Assembly: GCA_964653025.1 (NCBI GenBank)
Contig: CAZZBZ010000004.1
Location: 4,173 to 68,172, forward strand
Origin: an uncultured Verrucomicrobiota bacterium
GTDB taxonomy: Bacteria; Verrucomicrobiota; Verrucomicrobiia; JABWAM01
Length of the DNA stretch: 64,000 bases
Direction of reading: 5' to 3'
The notes beneath the pieces were generated by a model, which was not told where the DNA came from, searched no databases, and saw only the letters and a list, made by a program, of their open reading frames with translations. The translations under genes and the position numbers were made by a program. Shown here piece after piece: positions 46,719-56,146 of the stretch (its first letter is position 1; each line of letters begins with the position of its first letter).

Positions 46719-47870
46719 CTACTTCGCGAGGAACGCGCGGATCTTCTCGCAGACGTAGTCCACCTCGGGCTGCGTGATGGACGGGAAGATGGGCAGCGAC
46801 AGGATCCGGTTCACGAGCTTTTCGGTGACCGGCAGCTTCGGGAGATCCTTGTAGAGCGAGGTCATCGCCGGCTGCTGGTGGTTCGGCACGGGATAGTGGA
46901 CGCCGGTCCCAATCCCCTGCTCCTTGAGGAACTTCGCCATCTCCTCGCGCTTCTCCACCTGGACGACGAACATGTGGTAGACAGGGACGCAGCCGGGTTT
47001 CTCAATTGGCAGTTGCACCTGGGGGAGGCCCTTGAGCCGCTCGCGGTACCAGCCCACTGCCACGCGGCGCTTCGCGTTGAAGGCGTCGAGGTGCTTGAGC
47101 TGCTCGCGGCCCACCGCCGCCTGGATCTCGTTGAACCGCATGTTGAACCCAACGATCTCGTGGAGGTACTTGTCCTTGCGCCCGTGGTTGCGGAGCATCT
47201 TCACCCGCTCCGCGATCGCGTCGTCGTTGAGCGTGAGGCAGCCGCCGTCGCCGAAGACCGTGAGGTTCTTCGAGGGATAGAAAGAGAAGGCACCGAAGGT
47301 CCCGAAGCTCCCGACCCGCCCGCCGTTCCAGGTCGCCCCGTGCGCCTGGGCGCAGTCCTCGATCCAGAAAAAGCCCTTCTTCTCCGCGATCGCCTTGATG
47401 CGGGCGATGTCCGCGGGATGCCCGTAGAGGTGCACCGGGATCATCCCGACCGTGCGCGACGTGATCTTCGACTCGAGGTCCGCGATGTCCACCGTATAGG
47501 TCTCGTCCACGTCCACGAAGACCGGCTTCGCGCCCGCATGGACGATCGGCTCGATGCTCGGGAACGCCGTGTGCGAGGGCACGAGGATCTCGTCGCCCGG
47601 CTTGAGCTTCAGCGAGAGGAGCAGGAGATGGACCGCCGAGGTCCAGTTCGAGGAAAGGACGCAGTGTTTCGTGCCGGTGTAGGTCGCGAGTTCCTTCTCA
47701 AACGCCTTGCACTCCGCGCCGAGAATGAAGTTCTCAGAATCCACCGCAGCGAGGATGCGGTCCTTGATGGTCTGGTCAATGTAAACGCGGGACAGGGGGA
47801 TTTTCACGGGCGCCTTGTATAAGGGGGAACGGGGCTTGCCGCAAGCCCCATCAGCCATCTCCAAATTCAT
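46719..47870 (-). CDS. DegT/DnrJ/EryC1/StrS-family PLP-dependent sugar aminotransferase
   Basis: ..FILGAECKAFEKELATYTG.., ..FSFYPSKNLTVFGDGG.. (PLP Lys region). The start is ambiguous: ATG 47870 or GTG 47807 (VKIPLSRVYID). Confidence 0.8.
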   Translation of the reverse strand: MNLEMADGACGKPRSPLYKAPVKIPLSRVYIDQTIKDRILAAVDSENFILGAECKAFEKELATYTGTKHCVLSSNWTSAVHLLLLSLKLKPGDEILVPSHTAFPSIEPIVHAGAKPVFVDVDETYTVDIADLESKITSRTVGMIPVHLYGHPADIARIKAIAEKKGFFWIEDCAQAHGATWNGGRVGSFGTFGAFSFYPSKNLTVFGDGGCLTLNDDAIAERVKMLRNHGRKDKYLHEIVGFNMRFNEIQAAVGREQLKHLDAFNAKRRVAVGWYRERLKGLPQVQLPIEKPGCVPVYHMFVVQVEKREEMAKFLKEQGIGTGVHYPVPNHQQPAMTSLYKDLPKLPVTEKLVNRILSLPIFPSITQPEVDYVCEKIRAFLAK

Positions 47871-47889
47871 CCATAGAGCCGCCCTGGGC

Positions 47890-48945
47890 TCACAATCCGT
47901 GCTCGATCGCCGCCTCGCGCAGGGCGAGAAAGTTCTCGAGCGGCACATCCTCGTGAAGTTCGGTGGATGACCCGACCATCAACCGCCCACCCGCGCCCTC
48001 GATCGCTCGGTGAACGGCATCCTTCACCTCCTGCGGTTTGCCAAACGGCAGGAGCTGGGAGACGTCGATGCCTCCCGCAAGGAAGAGATGCGGGTGCCGG
48101 CGATGGATCTCCGCGACGTCCATCCCCGCGAGAACCTCGATCGGGTTGAGCCCGTCGATCCCCGCCTCCACGAGCCCATCGAGGATCGGATAGAGGTTTC
48201 CGTCGGAGTGGAAGAGCACCTTGATCCCCTTGCGATGATAGGCCGCGGTCACGCGAGCAAGGCGGGCGAAGTAGTGCTTCTTGAACCACGCCGGGGCCAG
48301 GAGCGGCCCCGACTTGAACGCGATGTCGTCTCCCGCGAACACGGCCTCGATCCCGTGGCCCTCGGGAAGATGTTCGATCCACGACACCGATTCCACCGTC
48401 TGCCGTTCGAGGACCTCGTCAATGATCTCCGGGCAGTCCGCAAGGTAGTAGGAAAAGTCCTCCAGCCCCACTTCCCCGTAGGCACCCATCAGGCCAACCC
48501 CGCGCCCGGATGGGAAGAAGAACACCTCGCCGAGCCGGCGGCGATGGTCCGCCACGGAGGCCAGGAAATCCTCCATATCCCGCGCCTTCTCCTTCGTCCA
48601 GGCCGGATCGAAGGCGTCAAGTTCCTTCCTTTTGGCGGCCGCGTAGGCATCCGAGTCCGCGTAGTGCGCGTGCTCGTGCCAGACCGTCCAACGAAACTGC
48701 CGCAGTTGCCGCCCGTTGGGCCGGACACCCGTCCGCTCGCGCTCGGGCAGCCGAACGCTTGGTCGCGTAGCATCCACCGCCGGGGCAAAGGCGCGGAAGA
48801 CGACCTCCCGCGCATTTTGAAAATCGAGTTTCTCCCCGGCAAAATGGCTGATCACCGCGTCGTTTCGAAGCAGTTCATAGATCGGGGTGCGATCCGGCTT
48901 CTCTCCGCGCAACACCGCGCGGACGCGTTGGAGGGAGTCCTTCAT
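47890..48945 (-). CDS. URO-D-like family protein (second copy; corrinoid methyltransferase fold)
   Basis: MKDSLQRVRAVLRGEKPDRTPIYELL..; about 350 aa; paralogous architecture to 20460..21713. Confidence 0.8.
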   Translation of the reverse strand: MKDSLQRVRAVLRGEKPDRTPIYELLRNDAVISHFAGEKLDFQNAREVVFRAFAPAVDATRPSVRLPERERTGVRPNGRQLRQFRWTVWHEHAHYADSDAYAAAKRKELDAFDPAWTKEKARDMEDFLASVADHRRRLGEVFFFPSGRGVGLMGAYGEVGLEDFSYYLADCPEIIDEVLERQTVESVSWIEHLPEGHGIEAVFAGDDIAFKSGPLLAPAWFKKHYFARLARVTAAYHRKGIKVLFHSDGNLYPILDGLVEAGIDGLNPIEVLAGMDVAEIHRRHPHLFLAGGIDVSQLLPFGKPQEVKDAVHRAIEGAGGRLMVGSSTELHEDVPLENFLALREAAIEHGL

Positions 48946-49027
48946 GCGGCACCAAGTTTTACCGCCAAACGGTGTTCCCAACAATTACAATCGCCTCGCG
49001 TCACGCTCAAACCCTTGTCCTTTCCGC

Positions 49028-49585
49028 TCATGCCCCCCTGTCGCCGGTGGCTGTTCGATCGAGCTCCGCGTCGGCCACATGGGCGTATTGGGCCGAGAGG
49101 AAGGAGTGCGTTCCGTGGACACAATCCTTCGCGGCATTCATGGTCGAGAGATACTTCCGCACCGCACCGGCATATCGCGGATCGCCGAGGATCTGCGAGG
49201 CCTTGACCATACTGAAGAGGGCGGCGGCCCCGATGAGCGTGTAGGGCGTCCCCTTCGACCCCCCGTTGAGCCAGATACCGTCGGCGGGTTGAAGCCGAAG
49301 CATGAGGTCGGCCCACCGCCGCAGCCGATCGCAAAAATCGGACGGCCGCCGATCATCGCGAATCGCCCACTCGAGAAACGCCAGCGGCGCGAGCAGCCCG
49401 CTCCCAAAGCTGATGCTCTCGGGGCCCGTCAGACAGCTCGTGCCCGACATCGTTCCGGCCCCCGCCTGCCCCCCGAACCCGCCGTCGGGAAGCTGTGTCG
49501 CCAGGAGGCGCCCCGCCGTCTGGCGCGCGAAGTCCAGATAGAGCGGCTCCGCCGTGTAGTCCCACAACGCCATCAGGCACGTCAA
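49028..49585 (-). CDS. Hypothetical protein, possible alpha/alpha-toroid (prenyltransferase/LanC-like) fragment
   Basis: ..LQPADGIWLNGG.., ..KDCVHGTHSF.., Gly-rich GGFGGQAGAG. 185 aa, short for the fold, so possibly a truncated gene. Confidence 0.45.
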   Translation of the reverse strand: MTCLMALWDYTAEPLYLDFARQTAGRLLATQLPDGGFGGQAGAGTMSGTSCLTGPESISFGSGLLAPLAFLEWAIRDDRRPSDFCDRLRRWADLMLRLQPADGIWLNGGSKGTPYTLIGAAALFSMVKASQILGDPRYAGAVRKYLSTMNAAKDCVHGTHSFLSAQYAHVADAELDRTATGDRGA

Positions 49586-49696
49586 AGGGTAGGCGTCGCG
49601 CCCCAGTCAATCCGATTTTTAGAATATTTTTCAAATTTTCACGTTCATCAAGATCGGCCAAACCGCCGCGAATGGGGCAGCAGTCCAGAAGGGTGG

Positions 49697-50761
49697 CTAC
49701 AGGCGACCAAGGAGTTTGGCGATGTCCGAGAGAAAGACCGGGAGATATGCCTCCGCAAGGTGCTGGCGGTCGTCGGAAAGTGCGGCGGCGAAGCCCGCTC
49801 GCTCGATGGCGGGACGCACCTCAACCATGAGTTGGCGAAGGACCGAGGATTGCATCGGGGGATCGAGCGAGAGCAAGCCGGGTTCCTCGAGTTTGAGCCA
49901 GATCCTTTCCAGAGCGCGGAAGAGCGGGGGCCAGGTGACCCAGCGCGGATACGGCTCGATCCGGTTAAGGAGTGCCCACCAAGGGTCCGGCTTGATCCAG
50001 TACCGCTTCTCGCGCTTCGAGAGGTCCACGCGAAGATGCACGATGCCGGATTGGCTCATGTCCACGAGAGTCGTCTGGACGGCTCGCTCGAAGTAATAGG
50101 CCTCCCGCGAAATCTCGGAGGGGTGGGCGGATTCGTGGGTAAGAAGGTAAAGCAGCGTCTCGCAGCGGCTGTTGACGCCGATCAGGGCGCGAAGTTGGAG
50201 CACGAGATTGGCGCGTTCCGTGGGACGAAACGGTTGCGAGTAGCCCCGCAGCCGCGGGGGTCCACGGCGAAATCCGTAGCGGGCGAAATGGGGGTCCGGC
50301 GCGCCGATTGCGGGAGAGGGACGACCGTCACCCAGAGAGAACAGAGGTTCCAGGTCCGCCGTAGGTTCCGGGGGTTCGGCAAGTTGCTTCCACTTGGTGA
50401 CCTCGGTGCCCTTGGCGAGCCAACCGGCAAGGGCGGCCAGCACCCGGCCACCGGCGAATCCCTCCTTGGTGAGGATGCGCTTGAGACGCTGGATGTTGAG
50501 GCGACGCCCGTTGATTTGAAGCCAATCGAGGACTTCGTCGAACACGCGGGCATCATGGCGCCCCAAGGTGCAGGTCAGGAGCAAGAGGGCCTCCGGATCA
50601 ATGATCCAAGAATCGCCCCCCGAGATGTTCCCCGCCACGCCGAGCGCCGACCATTGGCGCCAGACGAAGTTCAGCAGGTGCTCGCAGTATTGGCGCTTAA
50701 AGTCGGAGAGTGACGGATTCATGGGACGACAGAAGCTGGAGAGCCTTCTGAATTCGTTCAA
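49697..50761 (-). CDS. Hypothetical protein (354 aa), no recognised domain
   Basis: Long ORF with coding-like composition; Trp-rich C-terminal half (..RYWIKPDPWWALLNRIEPYPRWVTWPPLFR..). Confidence 0.55.
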   Translation of the reverse strand: MNEFRRLSSFCRPMNPSLSDFKRQYCEHLLNFVWRQWSALGVAGNISGGDSWIIDPEALLLLTCTLGRHDARVFDEVLDWLQINGRRLNIQRLKRILTKEGFAGGRVLAALAGWLAKGTEVTKWKQLAEPPEPTADLEPLFSLGDGRPSPAIGAPDPHFARYGFRRGPPRLRGYSQPFRPTERANLVLQLRALIGVNSRCETLLYLLTHESAHPSEISREAYYFERAVQTTLVDMSQSGIVHLRVDLSKREKRYWIKPDPWWALLNRIEPYPRWVTWPPLFRALERIWLKLEEPGLLSLDPPMQSSVLRQLMVEVRPAIERAGFAAALSDDRQHLAEAYLPVFLSDIAKLLGRL

Positions 50762-51212
50762 CGGTCAGCTTGGTTGGCATAATGCTAGTTGTTGTGCGCC
50801 TTAAACGCACAAGTAGTATCTAATCATTTCCGCCGCCTGTCAAGTCCGATGTTGCGTCGTGCAGGGATCGAACCCCGAGGAAAAGTTCTCGGGCAGGGCG
50901 AGGCTTTACCCCCCATTCACGTCCTTGCGCGGTCGCTGAAGGCCGTAAGGCACGGGGATGACTGGAACGGAAGCTGCAAAGGTGCATGCGTGGGCTCATT
51001 CGATGAACTGCGTCTGGATTCGGGAAAGCGACCTCGTTCCTTCCGGGTTCGACGCCCTCACCGCGAAAACAGCTATTCGGTCGGGGTGAGTTGTCGCTAG
51101 GTTTTCATGGGAAAGGAGGTGAGGAGGTTCAGCCCCGCCCTTCGTCAAGGGCGCAAGGTTGTTTCCCCTTGATTTTCCCCCTTACTTGGAAGACCTTGCC
51201 GCATTGTCCATG

Positions 51213-51389
51213 AAGCCCACCTCCCCTCCCTCCCCTTCCCGTGCTGAGCAGATCAACGCCATGTGCGCCAAAGGTCGCCAGAAGGCCAACGCCCTCACTG
51301 ATGCACAACGCGAGGCCCATCTTGAGCAGGCCATGCGTATCATCTACGGCAGCCAGCCACTCGTGAAGCATGTTCGTCGCCGTCGATAG
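51213..51389 (+). CDS. Putative small antitoxin-like protein upstream of and overlapping a PIN gene
   Basis: MKPTSPPSPSRAEQINAMCAKGRQKANALTDAQREAHLEQAMRIIYGSQPLVKHVRRRR. 20-nt overlap with the PIN start. No clear RHH/AbrB match. Confidence 0.35.
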   Translation, partial: KPTSPPSPSRAEQINAMCAKGRQKANALTDAQREAHLEQAMRIIYGSQPLVKHVRRRR

Positions 51390-51858
51390 TTGCGTCCTCA
51401 TGCATCTTGCCGAAGGAGTTGAGGACACCCTCGACGCCCTCGGCACTCTCCGTCAGCGTCTCCCCACAGCCCGCATCATCGCCACGGCCACGGTCCTGCA
51501 AGAACTTCACTTCTTTGCCACCGATGACGAGTTCCATAAACGCGATCTCGCTTGTGCCGCCCTCGCGGGCCTTCGCCATCACCGCATCGAGCCCGTTAAC
51601 CTGATTCCCGTGGGCCACGGCATTGTCGAGATCACCGCCAACAAACTCCGCGACCGCGGCTTGCTACCCCACGAAGAACGCAACGACGCCCTCATCATCG
51701 CCGAAGCCGCCCTCTTGGGCTGTTCCATCCTGATCAGCTCTGATGCTCACATGCTTGCCATTCCCTACACGTCGCTAAAACTCGCCCTCGATGAGTGCCA
51801 CGTTCAGACCCCTCTCATCTGCTCCCCATCCAAAGTCGTTCGCAATTTCTTCAGTTGA
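51370..51858 (+). CDS. PIN-domain protein (VapC-like toxin)
   Basis: MFVAVDSCVLMHL..DALIIAEAALLGCSILISSDAHM. Confidence 0.75.
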   Translation: MFVAVDSCVLMHLAEGVEDTLDALGTLRQRLPTARIIATATVLQELHFFATDDEFHKRDLACAALAGLRHHRIEPVNLIPVGHGIVEITANKLRDRGLLPHEERNDALIIAEAALLGCSILISSDAHMLAIPYTSLKLALDECHVQTPLICSPSKVVRNFFS

Positions 51859-51932
51859 AATTGTCCGCTCAGGGCGCGGCTTGCTGCCTTCCAACACCAC
51901 TCCCGCCGCCGACTCGGAAAATGTAAGGTGCG

Positions 51933-53015
51933 CTAGCGTGATTTCCCCTCCGACGGAAACCAATCCCGCGTGCGGTTGCAGAACTTGCAGACCGAGAGCA
52001 TCACGGGGACCTCGACAAGAACCCCCACGATCGTGGCGAGCGCCGCGCCCGATCCGGGGCCGAAGAGGGTGATCGCCACGGCCACCGCCAACTCGAAGAA
52101 GTTGCTCGCGCCGATGAGCGCGCCGGGCGCGGCGACATTGTGCGGGACCTTCAGCCAGCGCATCAGTCCGTAGGTGAGACCGGAGTTGAAGTAGACCTGG
52201 ATGAGGATCGGCACCGCGATGAGCAGCACCGCGAACCAGCGTCGAGTCAGGTTCTCCGACTGGAACGCGAAGATGAGAACCAGGGTCAGGAGCAACGCTC
52301 CGATCATCAACGGGTGAAAACGGGGCAGGAACTTCTGCTCGAACCATTCCTTGCCGTGCGAACGGACCAAGGCCGTACGCGTGATCCAGCCCGCCGCGAG
52401 GGGAATCACGATGAAAACCACCACTGAGGTAATCAGGACCTTCGCAGGCACGACCACATTCGCCACCCCACAGAGGAACATCACGATCGGTGCGAAGGCC
52501 ACGAGCATGATGAGGTCGTTCACCGCCACCTGGACAAGGGTGTAGGCCGGGTCTCCGTCCGTGAGGTAGCTCCAAACAAAAACCATCGCCGTGCAGGGCG
52601 CCGCGGCGAGGATGATGAGGCCCGCCGTGTACTCCCTCGCCATGCCGGGCTCGATCCAGGCCGCGAAGACGTGCTGCATGAAGAACCACGCCAGCAGCGC
52701 CATGCTAAACGGCTTGACGATCCAGTTGACGAAGAGGGTAACCATGAGCCCCTTCGGGCGTCGGGCAATGCCGCCGATCGCGCCGAAGTCCACCTTCAGC
52801 ATCATCGGATAGATCATCAGCCAGAGCAGGACCCCGATCGGCACGTTCACTTGCGAGCCCTGCCCAAACTCCATCCGACTGAGCGCGGAGGTGAACCCGG
52901 GAAAAAGCTTTCCCGCGAGCACGCCCACCAGCATGCAGAGGAACACCCAGACCGTGAGGTAGCGCTCGAAAAAATCGAGGCGCTTCGGCGTGGCGAGGGA
53001 GGGCGTGTTGCTCAT
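51933..53015 (-). CDS. acr3: Arsenite efflux transporter, ACR3 family
   Basis: LDFFERYLTVWVFLCMLVGVLAGKLFPG..GVLLWLMIYPMMLKV..AAAPCTAMVFVWSYL; 10 TM. Confidence 0.9.
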   Translation of the reverse strand: MSNTPSLATPKRLDFFERYLTVWVFLCMLVGVLAGKLFPGFTSALSRMEFGQGSQVNVPIGVLLWLMIYPMMLKVDFGAIGGIARRPKGLMVTLFVNWIVKPFSMALLAWFFMQHVFAAWIEPGMAREYTAGLIILAAAPCTAMVFVWSYLTDGDPAYTLVQVAVNDLIMLVAFAPIVMFLCGVANVVVPAKVLITSVVVFIVIPLAAGWITRTALVRSHGKEWFEQKFLPRFHPLMIGALLLTLVLIFAFQSENLTRRWFAVLLIAVPILIQVYFNSGLTYGLMRWLKVPHNVAAPGALIGASNFFELAVAVAITLFGPGSGAALATIVGVLVEVPVMLSVCKFCNRTRDWFPSEGKSR

Positions 53016-53036
53016 AGTTCGTGAGGGTTGATGGTT

Positions 53037-53474
53037 CTATCGGGTGACCATTGGCACGGGTAGCGTTTCAACAAATCGGCGAATCTCGTCTCGGATCCGT
53101 CTGTAGACGGCGAGCTTTTCCTCCCCGTCGGGGAGGTGCGCCGTGAGTTTTGGCGGATCCTCGAAGCCGACGTGGATGACGCGCGTCTTCCCGGGGAATA
53201 CGGGACAATGCTCATTCGCATGGCCGCAGACGGTGACGACAAGCTCGAAGGCGGCCGAGCCAAGTTCATCAAGGGTCTTGGAGCGCTGGGCAGAGATGTC
53301 CACCCCGGCCTCGGCCATCACGCGCACGGCGTGGGGGTTGAGCCCGTGCTTCTCGATCCCGGCTGAATACGGCTCGACAAGGTCCCCCTTGAGGTGCCGC
53401 GTCCACCCCTCGGCCATCTGGCTCCGGCAGGAGTTTCCCGTGCAAAGGAAAAGAATTTTCAGTTTATCGTTCAC
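53037..53474 (-). CDS. arsC: Arsenate reductase, LMW-PTPase family (thioredoxin-coupled ArsC)
   Basis: KILFLCTGNSCRSQMAEGW (CX5R P-loop), ..TVCGHANEHCP.. Confidence 0.9.
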   Translation of the reverse strand: MNDKLKILFLCTGNSCRSQMAEGWTRHLKGDLVEPYSAGIEKHGLNPHAVRVMAEAGVDISAQRSKTLDELGSAAFELVVTVCGHANEHCPVFPGKTRVIHVGFEDPPKLTAHLPDGEEKLAVYRRIRDEIRRFVETLPVPMVTR

Positions 53475-54952
53475 GGGCTTTCTCCACCACGCTCAAAGCC
53501 CTGCCAGTTGCCGCCCAGGGATTTGACGAGCGCCACGGCCGCCGCGAAGCGTTGGCCGCGCAGGCGGGCGACGATGCGCTCGCGTTCCAGCGCCGCGGTC
53601 TGCGCCGTGGCGACCTGGAGATAGGTGACGAGACCGGAGCGCTCGCGTTGTTTGGCAATTTCAAGTTGCTTGCGGGCGGCCTCCAGCGCCGCCAGTTCCT
53701 GCTCGTACTGGCTGGCCATCAGGCGCTGGGCGGCAAGGTTGTCTTCGACCTCGGCAAAGGCCGACAGCACGGTTTGGCGATAGCGCGCGACGGTTTCCTC
53801 ATACGCCGCCTTCGATCCGCGCAAGTTCGCCTGCAGCCGGCCGCCTTCAAACAGCGGGAGCGACAGCGACGGCCCGACGGCCCACAGGCGGCTGGACCAG
53901 TTGAACAGCGTTCCCGCATCAATATTCTGAAGTCCGGCCATGCCGTTGAAACGGACGGATGGGAAAAATGCCGACTTGGCCACGCCGATGTCGGCGTTGG
54001 CGGAGGCCATGCGATGTTCGGCGGCGGCAATGTCGGGCCGACGTTCCAGCAGCTCGGAAGGCAACTCGGCGGGAATCACCGGGGGTTCCCGGTCAAGCGA
54101 GACGGACGGCAGGTGAAACAGGGGGGCGGGCTGACCCGTCAGCGTGGCGAGGGCATGTTCAAATTTTGATCGCGTCAGCGTGAGGGAGGGCAGTTGCGCT
54201 TCGGCGATCTTCAACACGGTTTCCGCCTGCGCAACGTCAAGGTCGGAGACGAGGCCGCCCGCGCGGCGGTGGCGGGTGAGTTCCAGCACCTTGCGATCGG
54301 CTTCGATGATGGCGAGGAGTGCGGTCTTTTCCGAGTCCAGGGCGCGGAGGGTGAAGTAATCGGCGGCAACTTCGGCGGCAATGGCGAGACGGACGCCCTC
54401 CACATCGGCGGCATCGGCCTGGGCGGTGGCTCGCGCGGCTTCCACCTGACGTCGCACACGTCCCCAAAGATCCACTTCATAGCTGAGATCAAAGGGCAGA
54501 GTGAAGTTGTCGTAGGTAAATGCCTCGCCGGCATCCTTGCCCGTGGTGTTGACAGGACGCCTGGCTGAATCGCGCTGGCGCGTCGCCTCGAAGGCCGCGC
54601 CAATGCGCGGAAACAAGGCGGAGCGCGCCACGTCCGCGCTGGCGCGGGCCTGGGCAAAACGGGTGACGGCGGCCTGGAGTTGCTGATTGGCCTCGGCAGC
54701 CCGGGCTTCGAGACGGTTCAGTTCCGGGTCGCCGAAGACTTCCCACCAAGAACCCTTGGAAAGATCGGCCCGGGGCGTGGCGACTTTCCACTCGTGGGTT
54801 GCGCCATCGTAGGCGTCGGGCATCGTCTCCACGGCCGCCGGGCGGTGATAGTCGGTCCCGACCGTGCACCCCGCGAGCAACATGACCGCGACCCATGCGA
54901 GAAATCGCCCCGCCGAAAGCGGCCAGCGGATGCGGCGTCGGTCTCGCTTCAT
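53471..54952 (-). CDS. RND efflux outer-membrane factor lipoprotein (NodT/OprM family)
   Basis: Lipobox LLAGC; two TolC-like repeats; 4-nt overlaps with both neighbouring genes. Confidence 0.85.
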   Translation of the reverse strand: MKRDRRRIRWPLSAGRFLAWVAVMLLAGCTVGTDYHRPAAVETMPDAYDGATHEWKVATPRADLSKGSWWEVFGDPELNRLEARAAEANQQLQAAVTRFAQARASADVARSALFPRIGAAFEATRQRDSARRPVNTTGKDAGEAFTYDNFTLPFDLSYEVDLWGRVRRQVEAARATAQADAADVEGVRLAIAAEVAADYFTLRALDSEKTALLAIIEADRKVLELTRHRRAGGLVSDLDVAQAETVLKIAEAQLPSLTLTRSKFEHALATLTGQPAPLFHLPSVSLDREPPVIPAELPSELLERRPDIAAAEHRMASANADIGVAKSAFFPSVRFNGMAGLQNIDAGTLFNWSSRLWAVGPSLSLPLFEGGRLQANLRGSKAAYEETVARYRQTVLSAFAEVEDNLAAQRLMASQYEQELAALEAARKQLEIAKQRERSGLVTYLQVATAQTAALERERIVARLRGQRFAAAVALVKSLGGNWQGFERGGESP

Positions 54953-56133
54953 TGGGGTTTTCCGGGCTGCGCGGCTTCTGGCTTGGCTGCCGTGGCGATC
55001 CGCACGACCGCGCCGCTCGCCAGCGAATCGGACGGGTTGAGAATGACCCGGTCGTTGGCGCCGACGCCGTCGAGGATCTCGATGGTCGCGCCAAAATCGC
55101 GGCCAATTTTTACGCTGCGCAGCTCGACCGTGCCGTCGGGTTGCACCACCCCCACCTGCGGACCTTCCGCGCGAAACAAAAGGGTGTTGCCGGGCAGCAT
55201 CAGCGGCGACGCGCCCTTGGCATCGGCAAATCTTACCTGCCCAAAGCTGCCGGCCAGGATTTCTCCGCGCGAGTTATCCACCTCGAGTTCCGTCAACAAG
55301 GTGCGCGAATCGGGAGAAATCGCACCGGCCGTGCGGGCCACCTTGCCCGTAAAGACCCGACCCGGCCACTCAGGGATCAACAGCTCGGCGGACTGGCCGG
55401 GGGTGATGGTCCGTGCCTGGGTCTGGGGCACACGCACAAAGATGCGAAGCTTGTCCGTCTGTGCCAGTCGAAACAGCTCCCTCCCGCCGCCGGCGGCAAT
55501 CAGGTCGCCCACATCCACCCCGCGCACGGTGATGATGCCGGCGAAGGGGGCCGTGACATGGGCAAACAATTGAAGCTCCTCCAGCCGTCGGGCATTCGCC
55601 CGCGCGGCCTGGACGGTCGCCGTCTTCAACGCAAAGTCGGCCTGCTTTTCGACGGTTTCCTGTTCGCTGACGCTCGCGGTCTTGAGGAGCTTGGTGTAGC
55701 GCTCGGAAGTGGTGGTCGCCAGGGCCAGCGCGGCCTCGGACTCGGCGAGTTGATAGCGGGCGCGCTCGAGTTCCTGGTCGAGTTCGGGCGTTTCAATCAC
55801 CGCCAGCCACTGACCCGCCTCGACCCGCGCGCCAAGGTCCACCAGCCAGCGCTTCAGATAGCCGCTGGCGCGGGCGTAAATCGGCGCTTCAATCCACGGC
55901 TTGACCTCGGACGGCAAAAGAAGTCCCGAAGACGGCTTGCCAGGCGCGGGCGACACGACGGTGACGGTTGGCAGCGCCAGGTCGCGCGTCTCCGCCATAA
56001 GCGCCGTTCGTTGACGCATCCGCGGCACCAACCCGACCGCGACCGCCACGACGATGAGTACGCCCACGACCAGCACGGCGCGGGAGAGTTTGGCCGGCGG
56101 CGGCGAAGCGGGTTGGGAAGAGGCGGGGTTCAT
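54949..56133 (-). CDS. RND efflux membrane fusion protein (periplasmic adaptor)
   Basis: The start is placed at MNPASSQ.. before the TM anchor AVLVVGVLIVVAVAV; coiled-coil and lipoyl/beta-barrel regions. Confidence 0.8.
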   Translation of the reverse strand: MNPASSQPASPPPAKLSRAVLVVGVLIVVAVAVGLVPRMRQRTALMAETRDLALPTVTVVSPAPGKPSSGLLLPSEVKPWIEAPIYARASGYLKRWLVDLGARVEAGQWLAVIETPELDQELERARYQLAESEAALALATTTSERYTKLLKTASVSEQETVEKQADFALKTATVQAARANARRLEELQLFAHVTAPFAGIITVRGVDVGDLIAAGGGRELFRLAQTDKLRIFVRVPQTQARTITPGQSAELLIPEWPGRVFTGKVARTAGAISPDSRTLLTELEVDNSRGEILAGSFGQVRFADAKGASPLMLPGNTLLFRAEGPQVGVVQPDGTVELRSVKIGRDFGATIEILDGVGANDRVILNPSDSLASGAVVRIATAAKPEAAQPGKPQ

Positions 56134-56146
56134 GGCTGGCTCTGGG

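Noticed and set aside
50789-51100. 103-codon plus-strand ORF in the gap before the second PIN module
   Set aside because: No motif, Arg-rich composition, and it overlaps the putative non-coding structured region. Probably not coding.
50821-51120. Possible tmRNA (ssrA) or tRNA-like gene in the 400-bp non-coding gap
   Set aside because: The plus strand has GGGGATGACTGG..AAGGTGCATGC resembling the tmRNA 5' acceptor/PK1 region. The minus strand has a GGTTCGATCCC T-loop-like motif at 50862..50872. I could not build a T-arm with more than 3 bp, or a 3' acceptor strand complementary to any 5' end. There is no tag reading frame ending in AA-stop. A permuted arrangement did not fit either. A cmsearch with RF00023/RF01849-51 and tRNAscan-SE would settle it. 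Treated as unsupported.
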